From the NCBI GenBank assembly GCA_965235115.1, contig OZ249436.1, positions 28,708,001 to 28,772,000 on the forward strand: a stretch of 64,000 bases of DNA. The letters run 5' to 3'. Under the pieces are notes generated by a model. That model saw nothing but the letters and a program-made list of their open reading frames with translations, ran no database searches and was not told the DNA's origin. Each line of letters starts with the position of its first letter. Position 1 is the first letter of the stretch. Below are positions 1 to 10,907 of this stretch, piece by piece. This DNA comes from Laetmonice hystrix. Its lineage: Eukaryota. Both the position numbers and the translations under genes were made by a program.

Positions 1-96
1 CTAGTGTTAAAGGTCCAGGTTAACACTTTTTCCTGAGATAACACCTGGATAATCCAGGCATATAGTTAACTCTCATATTTGACCTCACCCACTGTA
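1..96. mobile_element. Possible right end of a Tc1/mariner-type MITE (truncated by window edge)
   Basis: Ends ...CCCACTG|TA (88-96), the reverse complement of TA|CAGTGGG typical of Tc1-like TIRs. The partner end is not visible. Confidence 0.3.
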
Positions 97-244
97 TTAG
101 CTTGTGACCAGTGGAAAACATCTTTTGTGTCTTTGACATGTGTTTCTATTAGATATATTGTAAATGCCTGTTGGTTTACGCATGAGTGTCGGGATAAATG
201 CAAATATACATTTATATGTATGTACATACCACCGCTGCTCAACT

Positions 245-633
245 ATGAACTCACATGATATCGGGTGTACTTTCCCATATGCATCACTCGAGGACGATGA
301 CCTCAGAGAACTCATGACTGTTAATTCTACTATTAACAACATATCACCGGAGACTGAACTAGCTGAACTAGCCACAGGTGATCTGAATGACCTTTTTCAA
401 GATGTCGATCCTGAGATTATTTCCCAAAGAATACCCCCACTAAAGAAGCCCAGTATGTTACTGAAACCATATTTAGATCTAAAATGCAAAATTTCTCCAA
501 ACAGAGCAATACACCATCCATTATATACATGTACATGAATACGCGAAGTCTCACAAAACATATAGATAAAATTGAACTTTTATTTCTTAATGAAGACTTC
601 AAACCTATGTTCTTATGCTTTTGCATTAGGTAA
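245..633 (+). pseudogene. Decayed N-terminus of LINE ORF2 (CR1/L2/Crack-like apurinic endonuclease start)
   Basis: FPYASLEDDDL...DVDPE leader, then after a frameshift (ATG at 535) MNTRSLTKHIDKIELLFLNEDFKP, resembling the endonuclease motif I 'xNxRSL..K...L.......PD'. Truncated afterwards. Confidence 0.6.
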
Positions 634-759
634 ATGATCAGAATTAGCAGCTTGTTCGCGGAATTTTTTTGCACGGGAAGTGGTTTGTCTTTCACTCGTA
701 ACCAATCAGAAGACGTAATTTGATCACGTGCGTTTGTTTACCGGCCAAGCATGTGTTTT

Positions 760-1210
760 TGCCTCACTAAATCAAATGTTTCATCAATTCTTTGGATGGG
801 TACAAACTGCGGTGACTTAACTGCATTTAAACCTCGGTAGTCTATGTCTAATCCTGTGACTTGCCATCCGCCTTTGCTATCAGAAAGGATGGCGAGGCCC
901 ATGCACCTGATGTACATGGCTCTAATACACCAAGATCAATTTGTTCCTGGGCCGGTTTGTCTAATTTATCCCTCATTTTGGGAGACAAGCAATATGGAAG
1001 TTTATGGTTTGTGGGAACCACTGGAACTGTCTCAATTTCATGTTCAACCAAATCAGTGCATCCCAGTCTCCCATCTGGTCTCAAAAAGGCGTCCGAATTT
1101 TGTGCTGAAATATCTTGTAAAGCTTTCGTTTGTTCTGGTGTTAGGTTAGCTTTTGATAGATCAACCTGAGGTATATGTGAGGAATGCTCTGTCTGATGTA
1201 TGCTAAATAT
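760..1210 (-). pseudogene. Gypsy/Ty3 LTR retrotransposon pol fragment (N-terminal reverse transcriptase)
   Basis: LTPEQ...LGCTDLVEHEIET...PYCLSP...GVLEPCTSGAWASPSFLIAKADGK, continuing after a frameshift as IDYRGLNAV...PIQRIDETFD (845 down to ~765). These are canonical Gypsy RT N-terminal motifs. Confidence 0.9.
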
Positions 1211-1965
1211 TAGTCCATGGGCCAAGGGTTGAAACCCTCCCCCCCCCCGGGGGATTTTTGCAGACTACCATTTTTAGATACCCTGTGATATGCCATTCAA
1301 GAATCTGCTTGTCTGCACGAAAACTGTTGGTGGGTGAAGGCACTAGAGCAGATCAAAGTCGAAGTGGACATGCACATTTCACACGGCCAATTACAGGGTA
1401 GGGGAATAGTCGGGTAGCCAACCCAGGTAACCCGGAAATTTTTAGACCCGCAAGAGATTATGATTGATTTGTGTCCCTATAGGCTCTGTGAAGATTTTCA
1501 GCTTTGTTGGCCGAAGTTGGCTGTTGAGGAATTTTTTTTATAAGCTAATTTGCATAAATTAGCATAATTAATAACAAATCGTCATAAGCTCAGGTAACTT
1601 GAAAACCATTTGGCCTAGAATCATATGTAATAGCACTTTTCCATACAATATCAACACGGGGAATCCATTTGTGACATTTGTTTTGTGAATTAAGGTCAAG
1701 ATCAAGGTCAAATATCAAGGTCAAGGCCAAAAATGGCAAAAAAAACTGGGGTTTCCAGGACAGTTGGCCTAAAATCACATTTAATGGAGTGTTTCCTTAC
1801 AATATAGAGGCAGGCAATCCAATTATGGCATACGTCTTGTGATTCGACATTAAAGTCAAGGTCAAATGTCAAGGTCAAGGCCACAAGTGGCACAAATAGT
1901 CGGTTCGAAGTCCTTCTTTCCTGTAGTATCAGGGACATTTCAGCAGGAAACAAGCTCAAATTACG

Positions 1966-2315
1966 GACTACATGACTGGGGGCGGGGTGTGGGTGGGACT
2001 ACATGACTGGGGGTGTGGGTTAGTGAGGTGTGGGTGGGGCTGCATGACTGGGGGTGGAGGTTAGTGGGGTGTGGGTGGGACTACATGACTGGGGGTAGGG
2101 ATTAGTGGGGTGTGGGTGGGGCTACATGACCGGGGGTGGGGGTTAGTGGGGTGTGGGTGGGACTACATGACCGGGGGTGGGGGTTAGTGGCGTGTGGGTG
2201 GGACTACATGACTGGGGGCGGGGGTTAGTGGGGTGTGGGTGGGGCTACATGACTGGGGGTGGGGGTTAGTGGGGTGTGGGTGGGACTACATGAGTGGGAG
2301 TAGGGGTTAGTGGGG
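1966..2315 (+). repeat. 41-bp G-rich minisatellite in left foldback arm
   Basis: CATGACTGGGGGTGGGGGTTAGTGGGGTGTGGGTGGGACTA; CATG at 2043, 2084, 2125. Confidence 0.9.
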
Positions 2316-2596
2316 TTGTGCTGCAAGGTGTGGGGTGTGGGGTGTGGGTGGGTGTCTTGCAGGGTGTGGGGGTGGGGTGTGGGTGGGTGTCCTGCAGGGT
2401 GTGGGGTGTGGGTGTGGTTGGGTGTCCTGCAAGGTGTGGGGTGTGGGTGTGGGTGGGTGTCCTGGAGGGTGTGGGTTGGGGTGGGGATGGGGGTCCTGCA
2501 AGGTGTGGGGTGTGGGTGTGGGGTATGGGTGGGTGTCCTGCAGGGTGTGAAGTGTGGGTGGGGGTATGGGTGGGTGTCCTGCCAGGTGTAGGGTGC
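2316..2596 (+). repeat. ~35-40-bp G/T-rich minisatellite (TCCTGCAGGGTGTGGGGTGTGGGTG...)
   Basis: About 8 degenerate units anchored on (T)CCTGCA(A/G)GG. Confidence 0.85.
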
Positions 2597-2887
2597 TAAT
2601 GTGATGCTTAACGAGTAATGTGAGGATTATTGTGAGGATGGCGATGAAGATGGTGATGTCAAATGTACTAATATTTCATGATATCTGTACTGTAGTTAAC
2701 TTTCTGTTATTCAATAAATGATCAGTACGTTGTAACCCACAAATTTGTCCTAGAAATCCCGTTTTTCGACCTTAAATTTGACCTTTGACTTTGACCGAGC
2801 CTCTCACAATATCCCAGTTTTGGGCCATTTGTGGCCTTGACCTTGACCTTGACATTTGACCTCGACTTTAATGTCGAATCACAAGAT

Positions 2888-3250
2888 TCCCACCCACACC
2901 CCACTAAACCCCACCCCCGGTCATGTAGTCCCACCCACACCCCACTAACCCCCCACCCCCAGTCATGTAGCCCCACCCACACCCTCTAACCCCCACCCCC
3001 AGTCATGTAGTCCCACCCACATCCCACTAACCCCCACCCCCCGTCATTTAGTCCCACCCACACCCCACTAACCCCCACCCCCAGTCATGTAGCCCCACCC
3101 ACACCCCACTAACCCCTACCCCCAGTCACGTAGTCCCACCCACACCCCACTAACCCCCACCCCCAGTCATGCAGCCCCACCCACACCTCACTAACCCACA
3201 CCCCCAGTCATGTAGTCCCACCCACACCCCGCCCCCCAGTCATGTAGTCC
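2888..3250 (-). repeat. 41-bp minisatellite in right foldback arm (inverse of left)
   Basis: CCCAGTCATGTAGTCCCACCCACACCCCACTAACCCCCA units. Confidence 0.9.
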
Positions 3251-3800
3251 GTAATTTGAGCTTGTTTCCTGCTGAAATGTCCCTGATACTACAGGAAGGA
3301 AGGACTTCGGACCGACTATTTGTGCCATTTGTGGCCTTGACCTTGACATTTGACCTTGACTTTAATGTCGAATCACAAGACGTATGCCACAATTGGATTG
3401 CCTGCCTCTATATTGTAAGGAAACACTCCATTAAATGTGATTTTAGGCCAACTGTCCTGGAAACCCCAGTTTTTTTGCCATTTTTGGCCTTGACCTTGAT
3501 ATTTGACCTTGATCTTGACCTTGAATCACAAAACAAATGTCACAAATGGATTCCCCGTGTTGATATTGTATGGAAAAGTGCTAATACATATGATTCTAGG
3601 CCAAATGGTTTTCAAGTTACCTGAGCTTATGACGATTTGTTATTAATTATGCTAATTTATGCAAATTAGCCTTCACCCACCAACAGTTTTCGTGCAGACA
3701 AGCAGATTCTGGAATGGCATATCACAGGGTATCTAAAAATGGTAGTCTGCAAAAATCCCCCGGGGGGGGGGGAGGGTTTCAACCCTTGGCCCATGGACTA

Positions 3801-4200
3801 TATTGTTTACCTTGTTTAGTTTTGGAATTGACTACTTTTTTATAGGCTCCAAAATATGTCCGCTCTTTAAAGTTCTTTTTCCCTGGAAATAGATAATTAG
3901 GCGAATTGGAACCTAACCATCTGTCATCATAACTGCTGCCCTGGCTATTAACACCTGACACTTAGTTAGCCTCAAAGAAAACTTCCTGACCTCCCATAGA
4001 CGTTTACCTAAGGTAATTTGGCCTGCACACAATACCTCTGACCCGGGCGGGTCTAATCGATTGGGTAATTGGATTTTTGCTAATGTAAGTGTTAAAGAAA
4101 GATGATGCTAAAGTATAACTGAGTAACATTCCATACCTGTGTAAGAAGTCCCTACTCAATATCACTTTACTGTGGATAGCAGGCAGCGTCGGCTGCATAG
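3801..4200 (-). pseudogene. Upstream part of the same Gypsy remnant (aspartic protease C-terminal region and linker)
   Basis: VILSRDFLHRYG resembles the retropepsin C-terminal ILGxDFL motif. It lies upstream of the RT fragment on the same strand once the foldback is removed. Confidence 0.55.
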
Positions 4201-4710
4201 GTCAGCAGGACACATATTGCCCGACTTCGGCCTACATCTATTATATGTGATGAAGCTAAAAAAACACATATTAAATCCAATAATTAGAGTGGGTTATTCT
4301 GAAATATTAAATATGTTCACTATACATGGAAGTTTAAAAATACACTCGACCAAATATACATACATCCTATTGAAATTTGAGTCGGTTTTCTTTCACTGAA
4401 GATACAAATGAAGGAAAATACAGATGAATTAATGATGCATGTATACTACCAGAATTCTCGAAACCTGCAAATTACAGGATGTCAACACTAATTTATCAAT
4501 GACGAAATGTGACCTCTTTCTAATTTTTTTCAGTATTTGGGCGCCAGCGCCGGCAGTAGTAGTACACTCAGACAGGACAACCAGATGCCGACCCACAACC
4601 ATCCACGGACAATGCATAGCTAAGTCAGCCTGAGTCTTATTTGCTTTCTGTGTATTATAATGCAAACCAAAGTAACTCTGGGCTGGCGGTCAATGAAAAC
4701 CGACCCATGA

Positions 4711-7410
4711 CCATTGGGTAGAGGGAGGGTGTTGGCTGAGTGGTTCGGGGTAATGTCTAAGGGCCAGTCAGCCATATCATGTGGATTGGGAAGAGGGAGG
4801 GTGTTGGCTGAGTGGTTCGGGGTAATGTCTGAGGGCCAGTCAGCCATATAATGGGGATTGGGAAGAGGGAGGGTGTTGGCTGAGTGGTTCGGGGTAATGT
4901 CTGAGGGACAGTCAGCCATATCATGGGGATTGGTAAGAGGCAGGGTGTTGGCTGAGTGGTTCGGGGTAATGTCTGAGGGACAGTCAGCCATATCATGGGG
5001 ATTGGGAAGAGGGAAGGGCCAGTCAGCCATATCATGGGGATTGGGAAGAGGGAGGGTGTTGGCTGAGTGGTTTGGGGTAATGTCTAAGGGCCAGTCAGCC
5101 ATATCATGGGGATTGGGAAGAGGGAGGGTGTTAGCTGAGTGGTTCGGGGTAATGTCTGAGGGACAGTCAGCCATATCATGGGGATTGGGAAGAGGGAAGG
5201 GCCACACAGCCATATCATGGGGATTGGGAAGAGGGAGGGTGTTGGCTGAGTGGTTAGGGGTAATATCTGAGGGCCAGTCAGCCATATCATGGGGATTGGG
5301 AAGAGGGAGGGTGTTGGCTGAGTGGTTCGGCGTAATGTCTAAGGTCCAGTCAGCCATATCATTTGGATTGGGAAGAGGGAGGGTGTTGGCTGAGTGGTTC
5401 GGTGTAATGTCTGAGGGCCAGTCAGCCATATCATGGGGATTGAGAAGAGGGAGGGTGTTGGCTGAGTGGTTCAGGGTAATGTCTCAGGGACAGTCAGCCA
5501 TATCATGGGGATTGGGAAGAGGGAGGGTGTTGGCCGAGTGGTTCGGGGTAATGTCTGAGGGACAGTCAGCCATATCATGGGGATTGGGAAGAGGGAAGGG
5601 CCAGTCAGCCATATCATGGGGATTGGGACGAGGGAGGGTGTTGGCTGAGTGGTTCGGGGTAATGTCTGAGGGACAGTCAGCCATATCATGGGGATTGGGA
5701 AGAGGGAAGGGCCAGTCAGCCATATCATGGGGATTGGGAAGAGGGAGGGTGTTGGCTGAGTGGTTCGAGGTAATGCCTAAGGGCCAGTCAGCCATATCAT
5801 GGGGATTGGGAAGGGGGAGGGTGTTGGCTGAGTGGTTCGGGGTAATGTCTGAGGGACAGTCAGCCATATCATGGGGATTGGGAAGAGGGAAGGGCCAGTC
5901 AGCCATATCATGGGGATTGGGAAGAGGGAGGGTGTTGGCTGAGTGGTTTGGGGTAATGTCTCAGGGACAGTCAGCCATATCATGGGGATTGGGAAGAGGG
6001 AGGGTGTTGGCTGAGTGGTTCGGGGTAATGTCTGAGGGCCAGTCAGCCATATAATGGGGATTGGGAAGAGGGAGGGTGTTGGCTGAGTGGTTCGGGGTAA
6101 TGTCTGAGGGACAGTCAGCCATATCATGGGGATTGGTAAGAGGCAGGGTGTTGGCTGAGTGGTTCGGGGTAATGTCTGAGGGACAGTCAGCCATATCATG
6201 GGGATTGGGAAGAGGGAAGGGCCAGTCAGCCATATCATGGGGATTGGGAAGAGGGAGGGTGTTGGCTGAGTGGTTTGGGGTAATGTCTCAGGGACAGTCA
6301 GCCATATCATGGGGATTGGGAAGAGGGAGGGTGTTGGCCGAGTGGTTCGGGGTAATGTCTGAGGGACAGTCAGCCATATCATGGGGATTGGGAAGAGGGA
6401 AGGGCCAGTCAGCCATATCATGGGGATTGGGACGAGGGAGGGTGTTGGCTGAGTGGTTCGGGGTAATGTCTGAGGGACAGTCAGCCATATCATGGGGATT
6501 GGGAAGAGGGAAGGGCCAGTCAGCCATATCAGGGGGATTGGGAAGAGGGAGGGTGTTGGCTGAGTGGTTCGAGGTAATGCCTAAGGGCCAGTCAGCCATA
6601 TCATGGGGATTGGGAAGGGGGAGGGTGTTGGCTGAGTGGTTCGGGGTAATGTCTGAGGGCCAGTCAGCCATATCATGGGGATTGGGAAGAGGGAGGCTGT
6701 TGGCTGAGTGGTTTGGGGTAATGTCTAAGGGCCAGTCAGCCATATCATGGGGATTGGGAAGAGGAAGGGTGTTGGCTGGGTGGTTCCGGGTAATGTCTAA
6801 GGGCCAGTCAGCCATATCATGGGGATTGGGAAGGGGGAGGGTGTTGGCTGAGTGGTTCGGGGTAATGTCTGAGGGCCAGTCAGCCATATCATGGGGATTG
6901 GGAAGAGGGAGGGTGTTGGTTGAGTGGTTCGGGGTAATGTCTGAGGGCCAGTCAGTCATATCATAGGGATTGGGAAGAGGGATGGTGTTCGCTGAGTGGT
7001 TCGGGGTAAAGTCTGAGGGCCAGTCAGCCATATCATGGGGATTGGGAAGAGGGAGGGATTTGGCTGAGTGGTTCGGGGTAATGTCTGAGGGCCAGTCAGC
7101 CATATCATGGGGATTGGGTAGAGGGAGGGTGTTGGCTGAGTGGTTCGGGGTAATGTCTGAGGGCCAGTCAGCCATATCATGGGGATTGGGAAGAGGGAGG
7201 GTGTTGGCTGAGTGGTTCAGGGTAATGACTAAGCGCCAGTCAGCCATATCATGGGGATGGGGAAAAGGGAGGGTGTTGGCTGAGTGGTTCGGGGTAACAT
7301 CTGAGGGCCAGTCAACCATATCATTGGGATTGGAAAGAGGGGGGAAGCTGTTGGCTGAGTGGTTAGGGATATCGTCACATGGCCAGTTAGCCATATTATA
7401 GGGGTTGGGA
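4711..7410 (+). repeat. 72-bp G-rich minisatellite with interspersed 39-bp deletion variants
   Basis: Unit GGGGATTGGGAAGAGGGAGGGTGTTGGCTGAGTGGTTCGGGGTAATGTCTGAGGGCCAGTCAGCCATATCAT; 24-aa and 13-aa periodicity in the ORF track. Confidence 0.97.
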
Positions 7411-8796
7411 ATTCGAGTCATCTTATCATCATTTATGATCATTGTCATTCCCCATGGGGCCCGGGGAACAATAGGCCCCATTCGTTTCATCACCCTGTGG
7501 GAGGGAGTGTGGGGAAGGTGTTGGTTGTGTGGTTAGATGTAATGTCTGATGGCCAGACAGCCACAGCATGTGGATTGGGAAGGGGATGAGATGTCGGCTA
7601 ACTTTTTGGAGGGAATGTCTGAAGACCAATTAGTCATGTCAGGGATTGGGAAGGGGGATATAGGATTGGTTGGAGGTGGTAGTATAGAAGAAAAACGAAA
7701 AATAGCCCAAAAAATAAAAAGAGAAAAAAAATGAAACAAAAGTTTGTGGGTAATGGATGTCGCAGTACTGAGATATGTCTGCTGGGTGTTTATATCAAGG
7801 TTAATTTGATTTCGCTGTACTGGAGTGTCACTCTGGGTGGTTGGAGGTGGTAGTATAGGAGAAAAGGGGAAAAATACCCAAAAAATCACAAAAGAAAACA
7901 ATGAAAAAAAGTTTGTGGGTGTTGACACTTCAGATGAAATATCTGCACTGTGTTACGACGCCACCCCAGCAGACATGTAATTCTTGTCTTGTTGTAACTG
8001 AATGACTATAGTAAAAATCAACAATGATGAATTTGGTTGAGTGGTTAGAGGTAATGTCTTAGGGCCAGACAGCCGTATCATGGGGATTAGGAAGAGGGAA
8101 GGTGTTGGCTGAGACGTTCGGGATAATGTCTTAAGGCCAGTCGGCCATATCATGGGGATTGTGAAGGGATGAAGTTGTTGGCTGAGTGGTTCGGTGTAAT
8201 GTCTGAGGGCCAGTCAGCCATATCATGGGGATTGGGAAGAGGGAGGGTGTTGGCTGAGTGGTTCGGGGTAATGTCTGAGGGGCAGTCAGCCATATCATGG
8301 GGATTGGGAAGGGGGAGGGTGTTGGCTGAGTGGTTCGGGGTAATGTCTAAGGGCCAGTCAGCCATATCATGGGGATTGGGTAGAGGGAGGGTGTTGGCTG
8401 AGTGGTTCGGGGTACTGTCTAAGGGCCAGTCAGCCATATCATGGGGATTGGAAAGAGGGAGGGTGTTGGCTGAGTGGTTCAGGGTAATGTCTGAGGGACA
8501 GTCAGCCATATCATGGGGATTGGGAAGAGGGAGGGTGTTGGCTGAGTGGTTCGGGGTAATGTCTGAGGGCCAGTCAGCCATATCATGGGGATTGGGAAGA
8601 GGGAGGGTGTTGGCTGAGTGGTTCGGGTAAAGTCTGAGGGCCAGTCAGCTATATCATGGGGATTGGGAAGAGGGAGGGTGTTGGCTGAGTGGTTCGGGGC
8701 AATGCTGAGGGCCAGTCAGCCATATCATGGGGATAGGGAAGAGGGAGGGTGTTGGCTGAGTGGTTCGGGGTAATGTCTAAGGGCCAGTCAGCCATA
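7321..8796 (+). repeat. 1476-bp higher-order unit (degenerate monomers + ~0.7-kb spacer + 72-bp monomers), intact copy
   Basis: 7321-8012 recurs at 8797-9486 (ORF pairs 7359/8835 and 7549/9025 are offset by 1476); 8013 onward recurs at 61771 onward. Confidence 0.92.
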
Positions 8797-9486
8797 TCAT
8801 TGGGATTGGAAAGAGGGGGGAAGGTGTTGGCTGAGTGGTTAGGGATATCGTCACATGGCCAGTTAGCCATATTATAGGGGTTGGGAATTCGAGTCATCTT
8901 ATCATCATTTATGATCATTGTCATTCCCCGTGGGGCTCGGGGAACAATAGGCCCCATTCGTTTCATCACCCTGTGGGAGTGAGTGTGGGGAAGGTGTTGG
9001 TTGTGTGGTTAGATGTAATGTCTGATGGCCAGACAGCCACAGCATGTGGATTGGGAAGGGGATGAGATGTCGGCTAAGTGTTTGGAGGGAATGTCTGAAG
9101 ACCAATCAGTCATGTCAGGGATTGGGAAGGGGGATATAGGATTGGTTGGAGGTGGTAGTATAGAAGAAAAACGAAAAATAGCCCAAAAAATCAAAAGAGA
9201 AAAAAATGAAACAAAAGTTTGTGGGTAATGGATGTCGCAGTACTGAGGTATGTCTGCTGGGTGTTTATATCAAGGTTAATTTGATTTCGCTGTACTGGAG
9301 CGTCACTCTGGGTGGTTGGAGGTGGTAGTATAGAAGAAAAGGGGAAAAATACCAAAAAATACCAAAAGAAAACAATGAAAAAAAGTTTGTGGGTGTTGAC
9401 CCTTCAGATGAAATATCTGCACTGTGTTACGACGCCACCCCTGCACACATGTAATTCTTGTCTTGTTGTAACTGAATAACTATAGT
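8797..9486 (+). repeat. Second higher-order unit, left part (interrupted at 9486)
   Basis: Near-identical to 7321-8012; ends ...ACTATAGT immediately before element A. Confidence 0.92.
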
Positions 9487-9926
9487 AACTAGACATGCAG
9501 ATTGCAGGCAATCAGGTATCCCGTTCCTCTATGGATGTATCTAGAAAGGTTCTGTATAGCATGAAAGCAAGTGAGTCATACCAATAATGAGCATAGGGTT
9601 ACAAGAGAAAGACTGTGGGGAAGGTATATTCCAAATCTGGAGAAGATTCTCCAAAAAATGAGGGAGTAGATGCATTTTGACCAGTAATGAGCATAGGGTA
9701 CCGACAGACCACTTAGACACCTGTGTACACAAAAATTTCTTCCAAATAAAAAATATAAAAATGAATACCAAAAAAAAGGGTTGACATAGGTGGGATTTTT
9801 AGGCAATACCCTTGTCATAAAATTACCACACATCTGTTCACACACATATTTTGTAGAGTGTTTCTGTAAATTCATGACCACAGTAATTAAGAACTAAGTA
9901 GAAAATATTCAAAAAAAATAAAAATC

Positions 9927-9999
9927 ATGCCATGGGTAGGATTCGAATCCATGACCCTTGGCAAGAAAGTCCTACACTCTACCACAGCACCATCCGTAC
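9927..9999 (-). ncRNA. tRNA-derived Pol III module (degenerate), copy 1
   Basis: Minus strand GTACGGATGGTGCTGTGGTAGAG...GGATTCGAATCC with A-box/B-box-like motifs followed by T-runs. Stems are imperfect, so not a functional tRNA. Confidence 0.6.
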
Positions 10000-10186
10000 A
10001 CGCAGACAATTAGTAGAGTCCTGCAATAAATGAATGACCATTGCCATTGGCATAGAAGTAAACAACGATGAATTACATCATACCGGGGAGACGCCATACC
10101 AGGCTAAAAAAGGTCCCCTATTGTAAGAGAGCTATTTACCAAGATTACCGGAGGTAGAACATATATAAAAAAATTGAAAAAATCTT

Positions 10187-10259
10187 TTGTCACAGGTGGG
10201 ATTCGAACCCGAGACCTCTGGCATGAAGATCATAGACTCTACCACTAAGCCATCCGGGC
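10187..10259 (-). ncRNA. tRNA-derived (tRNA-Lys-like 5' end) Pol III module, copy 2
   Basis: Minus strand GCCCGGATGGCTTAGTGGTAGAG...GGGTTCGAATCCC then TTTTTT. Consensus A and B boxes; the acceptor stem does not close. Confidence 0.7.
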
Positions 10260-10907
10260 ACACACTCAATTTGTTGAGTGTTGCTGTAAATGAATCACCA
10301 TAGTGGTAGAGAACTGTGTGTTACGTCATACCATCGTTACGTCATAGCAGGCTTATAAAGGACGCCTAGTGGAAGAGAATTATGCCATTATCATTAGATA
10401 TCAACGAAATTCCACGAACTTCCTCATTACATGCAAAATAGACAAAATTCAAAGTCACGTGACTCAGCGATATGACGTCATATTTTAAAAAAAACTGCCA
10501 TCAATCGATCCGCCCCACTATGACGAAGCTATAAATCAAATTTGGAGAAGATTCTGTAAAAAATGAAGGAGTAGATAGATTTTGACTGTTTTCTATGGCT
10601 TGACCTGTATGTCAGAAAGGTCAAAGGTCAAAGGTCAAATGTATGTGGTAAATGATAAAGGTACAAGTCCTAAGTGAGATGACATGAATAACTTTTGTCT
10701 ATCTCTGACTGGAAGTGTACCACATGATCTCAAAGTTGCCGCACATAATACGTCATAACATGACGTCATGACGTCATATGACATATTCCATCATATGTTG
10801 AGGTCTCCATGTCATGATGTATCTAGCCTGAAAGTTTCATCCAGATATCTTGAAAACTGAGGGAGATATTGACCCGACCTTAACTACAACAATAATAATA
10901 ATAATAA

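Larger units (their letters stand above)
1211..3800. mobile_element. Non-autonomous long-TIR (foldback) DNA transposon, possibly Academ-like
   Basis: Outer TIR 1211-1341 is the near-perfect inverse of 3669-3800; inner arms 1544-~2330 and ~2888-3670 are also inverse. Termini TAGTCC...GGACTA flanked by TAT on both sides (alternatively a TA TSD). No transposase ORF. Confidence 0.85.
9489..10890 (-). mobile_element. Family A non-autonomous Helentron-like element, body
   Basis: CTAG terminus, short palindrome GATTGC-AG-GCAATC, subterminal ATCCCGTTCCTC; ends in ACTACAAC(AAT)n; shares an AAGTTTCAT..GAT box with families B and C. Confidence 0.8.

Noticed and set aside
640..750. CCAAT and CACGTG motifs suggesting a promoter
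   Set aside because: Short motifs between two decayed retroelements with no downstream gene; more likely another repeat fragment.
2294..2599. Gly/Val/Trp/Cys-rich and Pro/His-rich ORFs
   Set aside because: Translations of a G/T minisatellite inside a foldback element.
10187..10259. Functional tRNA gene
   Set aside because: Acceptor and anticodon stems do not pair properly; kept only as a tRNA-derived module.
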